IMG/VR virus record: IMGVR_UViG_3300021387_003647
Direction: 5' to 3' (one strand)
Length of the DNA stretch: 27,453 nucleotides
Source: an uncultured virus (IMG/VR IMGVR_UViG_3300021387_003647)
Lineage: Duplodnaviria > Heunggongvirae > Uroviricota > Caudoviricetes
Part shown: piece by piece, positions 9,198 to 17,386 of the stretch
How the letters are laid out: the number at the start of each line of letters is the position of its first letter
Position numbering within the stretch: the stretch's first letter is position 1
Translations under genes and position numbers: made by a program
The notes under the pieces: generated by a model
What the model saw: only the letters and a program-made list of their open reading frames with translations
Databases searched by the model: none
What the model was told of the DNA's origin: nothing

Positions 9198-9410
9198 ATG
9201 ACTATAACAGAACGTATCAAATGGTTAATGGAACTACGCAAGAAAGGCGGTTGGAAAGGATTCTGGAGCATCCGTAAGGAAAGTGCTCAATGGGGATATG
9301 AACTAGCCCTGGCTGATGTTCAACAACTATTCTATGATGAACTGTCGGACGAAGAGAAGACAGACCCGGTAATAATGAGACTGTATCATAAGATTTCAAC
9401 AATAAAATAA
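9198..9410 (+). CDS. Hypothetical protein, paralog of 10739..10942
   Basis: Shared MTI..RI..L...SA.WGYE.AL.D...LF.DELSDE.K..P...RLY..I..IK. Confidence 0.8.
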   Translation: MTITERIKWLMELRKKGGWKGFWSIRKESAQWGYELALADVQQLFYDELSDEEKTDPVIMRLYHKISTIK

Positions 9411-9418
9411 TAAAGCAT

Positions 9419-10117
9419 ATGAATTGGATGAGAATTTATCCTTTTTACAAAGGAAAGAACATTGCGAAAGACCCAGAGGGTTACGATTCAGCATTTGCTG
9501 CCGTCAGACATATGGATGACGATGAGTTAATAAAAGATTTCGAGAATACTCTTCCCGAAGACTTTGAGTATAATCAACTGTATGTTTATCAGGCAGATGA
9601 GAAAGATACAGAGAAAAGAAGTGGTAAATTGCTTATCAATTATTACACTGAAGTAGATACTTCTCAAGATACTAGTTCTGGAGTATGCTTATTTGATTTG
9701 TTTTCTGGAGAACATTATAATCCAGGGAAAATGCTTATAAAAACACCAGAAGATCACAAGAAAGATTTGGTCGTTCATTTTAGGCGTGAAGATTTCGAAA
9801 AGCGAGTAGTATTCTTAAAAAATGTTAAGAACAAACATCTGAAAGAATTGTTAGATGAATTAGTTCAAATAGAAAAGACAGATGTTTCAGAATTGCCACC
9901 GGAAGAACAGCAGCATTGCATTGCTGTATATGAAGAAATAGATGCTCTTGGGTATCATCCCGTAATACAAGAAAGTATAGATGAATATCGCAGATTGTTG
10001 AATAAGTATATCCGCGAGAATGTTGAGTTCCGTAAGATTCACAAAGACTATTACGAAGTGATTCCGTTGGAGAAAAAGCCGAAGCCGGAGTATCAAAAGA
10101 GCAACGAATTGTTCTAA
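9419..10117 (+). CDS. Hypothetical protein
   Basis: 232-aa ORF. Confidence 0.75.
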   Translation: MNWMRIYPFYKGKNIAKDPEGYDSAFAAVRHMDDDELIKDFENTLPEDFEYNQLYVYQADEKDTEKRSGKLLINYYTEVDTSQDTSSGVCLFDLFSGEHYNPGKMLIKTPEDHKKDLVVHFRREDFEKRVVFLKNVKNKHLKELLDELVQIEKTDVSELPPEEQQHCIAVYEEIDALGYHPVIQESIDEYRRLLNKYIRENVEFRKIHKDYYEVIPLEKKPKPEYQKSNELF

Positions 10118-10126
10118 ATTATAGAT

Positions 10127-10181
10127 TTAAGTTTTCTTAACGGAAAATCTATACGTTGTATCGAAATTATTCGTATCTTTG
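10127..10181 (+). promoter_or_regulatory. Bacteroidota-type promoter (TATCTTTG) with TTAA-N6-TTAA box
   Basis: Motifs at 10127-10140 and 10174-10181. Confidence 0.65.
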
Positions 10182-10207
10182 CAGCAGAAATATAAAAGAG
10201 AACGATT

Positions 10208-10384
10208 ATGACTAAGCAGAAAGACAGGTATTGCATTTCCTACTGTGACAAGTATGACAATTGGGAACATGTATATGCAAAGACAATTAAGGAAGCAGAT
10301 GAACTCTATGAGATGATAGGTTCTGAAACTGCTTTCAAAGTCTTATATGATACAATAAGTGGAACACAATTAAAGCAAACGTAA
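10208..10384 (+). CDS. Small hypothetical protein (58 aa, not in the ORF track)
   Basis: MTKQKDRYCISYCDKYDNWEHVYAKTIKEADELYEMIG..., directly after a promoter, TAA stop. Confidence 0.7.
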   Translation: MTKQKDRYCISYCDKYDNWEHVYAKTIKEADELYEMIGSETAFKVLYDTISGTQLKQT

Positions 10385-10386
10385 AA

Positions 10387-10734
10387 ATGAATAACATGAA
10401 TAAAGATTACAAACCAAAGAGATTAGACATTGTTACATTAATAGAACCATATACTGGCGATAAGTATATCGGGTTTTATAGTCATTATAGTTTTTGTACT
10501 GTGAAACTATTTATGGCAGTCATAGAAGGAAGTGATGAACTTATTCTGATGCCAGACGGTTCTAAAATCAATTGCACTGGTATTTCTTTAGAAGATGTTC
10601 ATCAAGCAACGGATAAAGAAGCAGATTATTTTATAGATGTTGTCAATCGTAAATGGGCAGATACAGTTCGTAACATTGCTAAACAATATGTATATGAGCA
10701 CCCGGATGAGTTCGAAAATATAATAAAAAGATAA
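10387..10734 (+). CDS. Hypothetical protein
   Basis: 115-aa ORF in operon. Confidence 0.7.
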   Translation: MNNMNKDYKPKRLDIVTLIEPYTGDKYIGFYSHYSFCTVKLFMAVIEGSDELILMPDGSKINCTGISLEDVHQATDKEADYFIDVVNRKWADTVRNIAKQYVYEHPDEFENIIKR

Positions 10735-10738
10735 AGCC

Positions 10739-10942
10739 ATGACAATAGCAAAGCGTATAGAACAATTAAAAGTGATTCGTTATCTACCAAACATAGATAA
10801 CAATAGTGCAGAATGGGGTTATGAGAACGCTTTAGATGATATATTAGAGTTGTTTCAAGATGAATTATCAGATGAAGCAAAACAGAATCCTTCAGTTAGA
10901 CGATTATATCAAATGATATACGACATTAAAGATCAAGAATAA
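10739..10942 (+). CDS. Hypothetical protein, paralog of 9198..9410
   Basis: See paralog. TAATG overlap with prfB. Confidence 0.8.
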   Translation: MTIAKRIEQLKVIRYLPNIDNNSAEWGYENALDDILELFQDELSDEAKQNPSVRRLYQMIYDIKDQE

Positions 10943-12072
10943 TGGTTTCAAAAGAGCAGATAAACGATTTGGTCGGCAGACTGGACATTCTCCGCGGGAA
11001 GGTGGGGATTGACGAGAAGAAGATGGAGTTGCAGGAACTCCGTCTGAGACAGCAGGACCCGGAGTTCTGGAATAATCCCGAAGCGGCAGTAGAGCATTCG
11101 AAGAAAGTTTCTGCTGCTGAGAAGTTCATTGACGGATTCCGGGAAGTGGAAGACCTGGTGACAGAGTGTGAACTAAGTATCGATGACGAGTCGGTGACAG
11201 AAGAGGCAATGGACAATCTCTATGCACTGACCGAGAAGCAACTGAGCGACTACGAACTGTATAATATGTTCGCAAACACAGAAGACTCGATGTCGTGTGT
11301 CATCCAACTGACTGCCGGAGCCGGAGGTACGGAAGCACAGGACTGGTGTAAGATGCTGACCAGGATGTACATCCTATACTGTAAGAGTCACGAGTTTGAA
11401 GTGGATGTCACCGACGACCAGGAAGGTGCCGTGACCGGACTGAAGTCGGCAACACTACTCGTCACGGGAAAGAATGCTTACGGACTGTTGAAGTGCGAGA
11501 CCGGCATTCACCGGCTGGTGCGGGTGTCTCCGTTCAATGCGCAGGGCAAGCGAATGACTTCGTTCGCCAGTGTGTTCGTGAGTCCGGTAGTGGACGACAC
11601 GATAGAAGTGGTCATCGACAAGTCCCATCTGGATGAAGAGCTCTTCAAGCGCAGCAGTGGTGCCGGCGGTCAGAACAACAACAAGGTATCGACGGCTTGT
11701 CGTCTGAAGTATGACTACGTGAATCCGGAGACCGGTGAGACTGAACAGATTATCGTAGAGAACCACGAGACCCGTAAGCAGCACGATAACCGCGAACGGG
11801 CGATGACTATCCTGAAGTCGATTATCTATAAGAAGGAACTGGACTATCGCAACCGTCAGAAACAGAAGGACGAAGACTCGAAGGACGACATCGGATGGGG
11901 AGCACAAATCCGTTCGTATGTGTTCGATGACTCACGGGTGAAAGATCATCGTACCGGCTACCAGGAGAGTGATGTCCAGAAAGTGATGGACGGCAACCTG
12001 GACGGTTTCATCAAAGCATATCTAATGAGTAAATTTAAAGACTATGACAGCAGACACGAAGTATTACAGTGA
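10942..12072 (+). CDS. prfB: Peptide chain release factor 2 (phage-encoded, no programmed frameshift)
   Basis: GAGGTEAQDW, E.GIHRLVRVSPF (SPF is the RF2 specificity tripeptide), GAGGQ and WGAQIRSYVF, in a continuous 376-aa ORF. Confidence 0.97.
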   Translation: MVSKEQINDLVGRLDILRGKVGIDEKKMELQELRLRQQDPEFWNNPEAAVEHSKKVSAAEKFIDGFREVEDLVTECELSIDDESVTEEAMDNLYALTEKQLSDYELYNMFANTEDSMSCVIQLTAGAGGTEAQDWCKMLTRMYILYCKSHEFEVDVTDDQEGAVTGLKSATLLVTGKNAYGLLKCETGIHRLVRVSPFNAQGKRMTSFASVFVSPVVDDTIEVVIDKSHLDEELFKRSSGAGGQNNNKVSTACRLKYDYVNPETGETEQIIVENHETRKQHDNRERAMTILKSIIYKKELDYRNRQKQKDEDSKDDIGWGAQIRSYVFDDSRVKDHRTGYQESDVQKVMDGNLDGFIKAYLMSKFKDYDSRHEVLQ

Positions 12073-12181
12073 ATTCTCAACAAAACGAGAATTGTTGAAT
12101 TGGATAGATGAACACATCAACGAGATAGATTTCGACAAAGGTGATGTTCGTATAGAGTTCTATCCGAACGAATACAATTAA
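12044..12181 (+). CDS. Small hypothetical protein (45 aa)
   Basis: MTADTKYYSEFSTKRELLNWIDEHINEIDFDKGDVRIEFYPNEYN*, overlapping the end of prfB. Confidence 0.5.
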   Translation: MTADTKYYSEFSTKRELLNWIDEHINEIDFDKGDVRIEFYPNEYN

Positions 12182-12253
12182 AATCCGGAAAGTCGGAAAC
12201 TTTTCCAATTTTTCGGAGTATACTATATAGAAACATAAATCAAGAATAGAGAA

Positions 12254-13093
12254 ATGGAAACATCAGAAAAAGATTTAACAGCACAGAACAACATTGGACC
12301 CGCAGTTATTGACTGGGTACACCACGACAGCCAGACGGGAGTTGACGGTATTAACAGCGGAGACTATCCCGATGACAGCACTGTTACGGTTCCGTACAAT
12401 CCGTTGGGTGATGATGCAAACGCAGAAGTAGTGATGAAGACACTGAACAACGTAGTGACAGATGAGCGTCTGGAACTGAACCCGGAGTCTTATCGCAGAC
12501 TCGTATCGGGCGGTGAAGAGACATCAGAAGAGTTTACGGCCAGACAGTTCAAGGATGCATTCGCTATCTGCCGGGATATTTTCGCAGCGAAACTCATCGA
12601 TTACGGTCCTTCGTGGAGAATACTCCGTCCACGGTCGGTAACAGACCAGATTTACATCAAGGCGAAGAGAATCCGACAGATTGAAGAGAGCGGCATCTCG
12701 CTGGTCGGCGAAGGTATCTACGGAGAATTCCAGGCTATCGCCAACTACGGCATCGTAGCACTGATTCAGTTGGAAATGGGATATTCTGACTACATCGATA
12801 TGAATCCCGAACGTGCACTGGAACTCTATGACAAGTATGCACATACGGCTTTCGAACTGATGCTGAAGAAGAATCACGACTACCACGAAGCCTGGCGCGA
12901 GATGCGTACTTGTTCATACACAGACTTCATCCTGGTGAAACTGGCTCGTGTGAAACAGATAGAAGAGAATGCCGGGCAGACGAAGATTTCCGAGGGCATC
13001 GACTCAAACTATCTTGATATGATTAACTATGCCATCTTCGGCATCATCAAGATTAACGAAGAGCATGGTGACGGGAAATATCAAGAACAATGA
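12254..13093 (+). CDS. DUF1599 (nucleotide-modification-associated domain) protein with N-terminal extension
   Basis: Tandem domains K..DYGPSWRILRP.S.TDQI.IKA.RIR and KNHDY.EAWR.MR..S.TD.I..K..R.KQIE...SEGID.NY.DMINY, as in Bacteroidota DUF1599. Confidence 0.85.
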   Translation: METSEKDLTAQNNIGPAVIDWVHHDSQTGVDGINSGDYPDDSTVTVPYNPLGDDANAEVVMKTLNNVVTDERLELNPESYRRLVSGGEETSEEFTARQFKDAFAICRDIFAAKLIDYGPSWRILRPRSVTDQIYIKAKRIRQIEESGISLVGEGIYGEFQAIANYGIVALIQLEMGYSDYIDMNPERALELYDKYAHTAFELMLKKNHDYHEAWREMRTCSYTDFILVKLARVKQIEENAGQTKISEGIDSNYLDMINYAIFGIIKINEEHGDGKYQEQ

Positions 13094-13135
13094 AATGCGT
13101 AATAGTACTTAATTTTTTACTCATATGAAAATGTT

Positions 13136-13168
13136 GAATGCCGACTCATTGAGAGCCGGCATTCTTTT
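13136..13168. terminator. Hairpin between convergent genes
   Basis: GAATGCCG...CGGCATTC followed by TTTT. Confidence 0.6.
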
Positions 13169-13973
13169 ATGCTTTAAGACGGTTACGTTCCTGATGGATT
13201 TCACTGACTGTTGCTTGAATCGTCTGATACATCTCATTCTGGAGTTGTTGGTAGTCTTCACGAGAGTCATCATACTTCAACATATAGACCCGAGTGAGAT
13301 AGTCACAGAGTTTCTTCGTTGACTCGCTCTGATTCTTACTGCCGTCAACGATACTGTCTATCGTAAACAGCAATGTATCAGGGTTGTACACTTCATAACA
13401 CAACTGGACTAGTTCAGAACGACTGAATTTCGGATGCCGGAACTTATCATCGGCATTGACTGGAGAGTGCTGTAAAGCAACCAGGATAAGTTCGTTCTTG
13501 AAGAAAGAAGTGTCCCGTTGTTTGAAGTCTGTCATCAGTTTGTTCATGACAGCAAACATCCGGATATAACGTTTGATGTTTGTAGTGTCCAACGGTTCAA
13601 AGCAAATCATAAACGTAATCACCTCAGTATCATAGTCGTATGTGATATAGGTATTGGGAATTCCCGATACTGTATCTTCATACTTCGTATCAGCGAAACA
13701 GACCGCTTCAGAACTGCGCAGTCCGCAATAGTCACCGATACGTTTCATTTTCTTGAGTACGAATTCAATGTCCGGTCGCAACATCGACATATCTTTCTCT
13801 TCTGCGTATATGCCCATAAACACGATACTGAAAGAATTTCCGAACACTTGCGACTGTGTCTTCTCGAACGTAGGGCAATCTACGTTGGCATTGTCCTCAG
13901 TGCTCACCTCACTGGCAGCATTGCTGTTCTCGGCTACTGCCGCCTCACTTAACATTTTGTCTATTATATTCAT
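13167..13973 (-). CDS. Hypothetical protein
   Basis: 268-aa ORF. Confidence 0.75.
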   Translation of the reverse strand: MNIIDKMLSEAAVAENSNAASEVSTEDNANVDCPTFEKTQSQVFGNSFSIVFMGIYAEEKDMSMLRPDIEFVLKKMKRIGDYCGLRSSEAVCFADTKYEDTVSGIPNTYITYDYDTEVITFMICFEPLDTTNIKRYIRMFAVMNKLMTDFKQRDTSFFKNELILVALQHSPVNADDKFRHPKFSRSELVQLCYEVYNPDTLLFTIDSIVDGSKNQSESTKKLCDYLTRVYMLKYDDSREDYQQLQNEMYQTIQATVSEIHQERNRLKA

Positions 13974-14637
13974 GCCACAGATTTGTTACTAAATGTGAAT
14001 ACTCGTTTCTTAACTTATCAAACTCTTCTTCAGTGCCGGTTACAGAACCTTGAAGCAACGGATCAACTATGTTCAGAAGCGTAGCACTGCCGAGATTCTC
14101 ACGGTCGGTCAGTCTTCTCAATCCGGAAGTGTAACCGATTGCATATTTCGCTACCGTCTCACGTGTTTGAACGACTACTCTATTGTAGTTCATCGATACG
14201 ATACAGTTGTATTTGTCTTCTACTGCCTTAATGAAATGCATCATCTGCACGATGTCGTCAAACCGTTCGGGAGTGAAAGCCTCTGTGTAGAAAGTAGTAA
14301 CAATACGGTCGAACGTCTTTATATTCAGACTCTCGCAAGCAGTACGATGAAGACTCATCTCTGACAACCTGGTGAAATAGAACAGTGCACTGGTCCGGAA
14401 CTCAGGAGAAGTGCGCATCTCATACTTCATACTACGCAGGACATCATAGTCGTCGGGCATCGTTGATTGGTATGTGAAGATGAAATCAATCGCAACCGGG
14501 AGGTTACATTCCTTTGCATAGAACATATCATAAGCATCCAGACTGTCATCAGCCGGAACTCCCATCTCTTCAAGACCACACGAAACATCTTCTGTTCCGA
14601 TGTCTTCTTCTGTTACTTTATCAAACCAGTCACTCAT
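13945..14637 (-). CDS. Hypothetical protein with acidic DWFD-type N-terminus
   Basis: 230-aa ORF after a TAnnTTTG promoter. Confidence 0.75.
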   Translation of the reverse strand: MSDWFDKVTEEDIGTEDVSCGLEEMGVPADDSLDAYDMFYAKECNLPVAIDFIFTYQSTMPDDYDVLRSMKYEMRTSPEFRTSALFYFTRLSEMSLHRTACESLNIKTFDRIVTTFYTEAFTPERFDDIVQMMHFIKAVEDKYNCIVSMNYNRVVVQTRETVAKYAIGYTSGLRRLTDRENLGSATLLNIVDPLLQGSVTGTEEEFDKLRNEYSHLVTNLWHEYNRQNVK

Positions 14638-14655
14638 AATATCTTATTTTTGCTG

Positions 14656-14716
14656 CAAAGGTACAAAAAATCTGGCAATAACGGATCGCTATCACCAGAA
14701 AATTAAGAATATTTAA
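14656..14716 (-). promoter_or_regulatory. Bacteroidota-type promoter (TACCTTTG) with TTAA-N6-TTAA box
   Basis: CAAAGGTA at 14656-14663 and TTAAGAATATTTAA at 14703-14716. Confidence 0.65.
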
Positions 14717-14731
14717 CAAAAGAACATTATA

Positions 14732-14941
14732 TTAGCGAAGATTTCGAGTTTCAGCGGGAGCTTGAAGTGTATCGATTTTAAAGTAATCACATCTCGAATC
14801 AAACATATTATGTTGAGCAGTGTCTCTCGGTAACAATGTATTTCCGCGAGCTTGCTGATGCGTATTCGGATATACATGACTGTAATAATACACATCACCG
14901 ATAACATCACAAGATGAGTTATGTCTTCTTTCTATTCTCAT
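14732..14941 (-). CDS. Short protein ending LQAPAETRNLR
   Basis: Member of the four-ORF array with a shared C-terminus. Confidence 0.7.
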   Translation of the reverse strand: MRIERRHNSSCDVIGDVYYYSHVYPNTHQQARGNTLLPRDTAQHNMFDSRCDYFKIDTLQAPAETRNLR

Positions 14942-14942
14942 A

Positions 14943-15197
14943 TCACCTCATATTCCTGGTTTGTTCGTAAGCATTCGTGTAACTGGGAGAGCATTGAACC
15001 AGCATCAGCCGGGTATATTCGTTATCGAACTTTCCATCAAGCCCTTCGATATTAAGAGAAAACAGACTGCCGTCGCGTTCCAATTCAAACTGTGCCACAG
15101 TATCGTTCCAGTCTTCATATTTCCGACCAGTCACATCACTGTAATGCACACGATGTCCGTGCTGTATTCTTGGATAATTCTTATTAAATTCTCTCAT
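14943..15197 (-). CDS. Short protein ending NAYEQTRNMR
   Basis: Array member, ATGA coupling. Confidence 0.75.
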   Translation of the reverse strand: MREFNKNYPRIQHGHRVHYSDVTGRKYEDWNDTVAQFELERDGSLFSLNIEGLDGKFDNEYTRLMLVQCSPSYTNAYEQTRNMR

Positions 15198-15428
15198 CGT
15201 ATATTCCTGGTTTCAGCTGCTGCTTGGAATGTTTCACTAGTAATCCATTCTCCCATATGGTCAAATCCTCTATGTGTACGTTTGTCTCTTGAATCATTGA
15301 TGTTTACAACTGCTTGTTGGACAGTAGAAGTATAAGCTAAATATGTTGTATATACTTCACTATAATTCATATACGGTCTTAATGGTTTAATTATCTTCAT
15401 CGCATATTCCTGGTTTGTTCGTAAGCAT
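14949..15428. repeat. 26-bp direct repeat CATATTCCTGGTTTGTTCGTAAGCAT at 14949-14974 and 15403-15428 (partial copy 15201-15213)
   Basis: Exact match read from the sequence. Confidence 0.9.
15194..15400 (-). CDS. Short protein ending FQAAAETRNIR
   Basis: Array member, ATGA coupling. Confidence 0.75.
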   Translation of the reverse strand: MKIIKPLRPYMNYSEVYTTYLAYTSTVQQAVVNINDSRDKRTHRGFDHMGEWITSETFQAAAETRNIR

Positions 15429-15708
15429 CTACTTGGTTAGGAAGAATCTTCCGACCCATATCATCCTCGATGTCACAGCCAGTAGGAAAATTCTTACTGT
15501 ACCACATATCAAAATCATCATCAACGAAGTAGTCGCGGACGGACTGGTAGTTGTTTACGTAGTCGCGCTCATCATATTGGTCGCTATTCTCGTAAACATC
15601 CGGATTATACAACCCCTGTGTATAGTCCCACCAGTCGTCAGCATGAAACAGTTTCTGTTCATTCTGACACTCTCCGTCGCGCACACTTCTATCGTCAAAG
15701 TCTCTCAT
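15397..15708 (-). CDS. Short acidic protein ending DAYEQTRNMR
   Basis: Array member, TAATG coupling to the AAA+ gene. Confidence 0.75.
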   Translation of the reverse strand: MRDFDDRSVRDGECQNEQKLFHADDWWDYTQGLYNPDVYENSDQYDERDYVNNYQSVRDYFVDDDFDMWYSKNFPTGCDIEDDMGRKILPNQVDAYEQTRNMR

Positions 15709-16955
15709 TATGCCTTGTTGAATCCGATTGTTTTCTTGCGAGTCTCACTGAAGTTGTTCTTCTCTTCGTAGTTGTAGATGTCGGCCAGTGTCAACGACTC
15801 ACCCTCTGGGATATTCTTACCCAGTTTCTTGCCGAGAGCGAACGTCTTCTCTGGAGTCAGTTTCGCAAACTCATAACGAACCTTCATACGGCCCTTACGC
15901 AACAATGCAGGATCGATGTCGGACACTTTCGCATTGAACGTACAGATGAACTTCAGATTGAACGAGTCGCCGATGATACCGCTCGACAGATTGAGCAGTG
16001 TTGACAGCATACCGTTGCTTCCCTGACGCTCCTTCAGCACACCTTCGCAGTCTTCGAGAATGATGATAGCATCTTTGTAGTTCAGCAGCAGTTTCACGAA
16101 CGAAGCATCTGTCAGATAAGCCAGACACGACTCATTGACGAACAGGAAGTCGTGATTCTTCATCTTCGTGATAAGATGCTTAATCAGGAACGACTTTCCG
16201 CAACCGGGAATACTCGACCACACTACTAGACCGCTGGTATTCTTCTGCTTCAGGAAGTCAACAGTCTCCTGATACGGCAGGTCATCGTTGTAGTTTGACT
16301 GGATGTCGATGTCAACCTTGTCCTGGAGTGTCATCTCACACGTCTCGAAACCTTGAGAACCGTGAATCAGATAGTCGTAGCGGGGAAGGTCTTTCTGCTT
16401 CTTCACCTTCGTGTACTGCATATAGTCGTTGATGCGGAACTTGTCCTCACCTTCACCCCACACATCACCGCAGAACATGATGTTCAGCGGATGAATCTTA
16501 TCAGTCTTGATGTCGATATGCTCTTCTACTGTGCGATATTCCGGACAGAGTACAATAAAACTTGTCTCCTGGTTCCAGAACACAATGTAGTTGTCGAGGA
16601 TAATCATATTGATGCCGCCGAACGACACAGGATAGCAGTAGCCTTCGTTCAGTTCCTTAATCTTGTAGAGCGTCTCGACAAAGTCCACCTTATGATACTT
16701 GTCGTAGCCGTACAGATACTGCTTGGCAAAAGCATAGTCCTGATCCGTGAACTTATCGAATCCTACCGGTTGCAGGAACTGACAGATAGGAAAGTCGTAC
16801 GGCCACGTACCGAACATTTGTTCGTACAGAGAGTAGATACCGGCTACATAGCCGTCACGGGTTGAGTTCGCTCCCGAAGGAGTGAAATACAAGTTCGTAG
16901 CAGTCTTGATAGACTTCTCGAACAATTCCTTGAGTTGTTTAGTTGTTCTTCTCAT
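15708..16955 (-). CDS. AAA+ family ATPase
   Basis: Walker A-like SIPGCGKS, Walker B IIILEDCE, SRH IDPALLRKGR and C-terminal IGF. Start at ATG 16955 or TTG 16967. Confidence 0.9.
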   Translation of the reverse strand: MRRTTKQLKELFEKSIKTATNLYFTPSGANSTRDGYVAGIYSLYEQMFGTWPYDFPICQFLQPVGFDKFTDQDYAFAKQYLYGYDKYHKVDFVETLYKIKELNEGYCYPVSFGGINMIILDNYIVFWNQETSFIVLCPEYRTVEEHIDIKTDKIHPLNIMFCGDVWGEGEDKFRINDYMQYTKVKKQKDLPRYDYLIHGSQGFETCEMTLQDKVDIDIQSNYNDDLPYQETVDFLKQKNTSGLVVWSSIPGCGKSFLIKHLITKMKNHDFLFVNESCLAYLTDASFVKLLLNYKDAIIILEDCEGVLKERQGSNGMLSTLLNLSSGIIGDSFNLKFICTFNAKVSDIDPALLRKGRMKVRYEFAKLTPEKTFALGKKLGKNIPEGESLTLADIYNYEEKNNFSETRKKTIGFNKA

Positions 16956-17027
16956 TATTTCTTTCAAATATATGTTACTATTAATGTATACGCATGTATA
17001 GCGTATTTGTCTTTTTTGCGGAAATCC

Positions 17028-17374
17028 TTATCCGGCACCGCAGCCCTGGATATTCGTCTTGTGTACTTTATTATAGAGCCACAGCGGACAATTGTCAATC
17101 TTTACTTTCTCGGGAACGTATGCGTAACTCTTCCGGTCAGTATCGATGCGCAGTGTAATAACCTGCTGAATCTCCGGCTGACGATAGACATTCGAAATGC
17201 AGATTAACTCACAGTCGGCAATGTCCGTGTACTCGATTTCCCAGTCCATCACTACCAGTGTGGGCTTTCCGTCTTCTCGCTGCTTCGATGACAAGTCCAT
17301 CGCATAGCAGTCCTTGTTCTCAATCACAACTTCGTTGTTATGAGAAATTGCTTAATGAATTCTTGTATTGTCAT
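17028..17374 (-). CDS. Hypothetical protein with an apparent single-base frameshift near 17345
   Basis: ATG 17374 gives MTIQEFIKQF, which joins SHNNEVVIENKDCYAM of ORF 17028..17327 if one T is added to CAATTTCT. Confidence 0.6.
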
Positions 17375-17386
17375 AATCTTCTAAAT

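Noticed and set aside
10942..12072. Window being host chromosome because of prfB and DUF1599
   Set aside because: Dense short hypothetical genes, TAG recoding, a virion-type gene and the lack of housekeeping synteny point to a phage
14949..15428. DGR template/variable repeat pair
   Set aside because: The repeat is only 26 bp and identical, with no adenine-specific mismatches and no reverse transcriptase in the window
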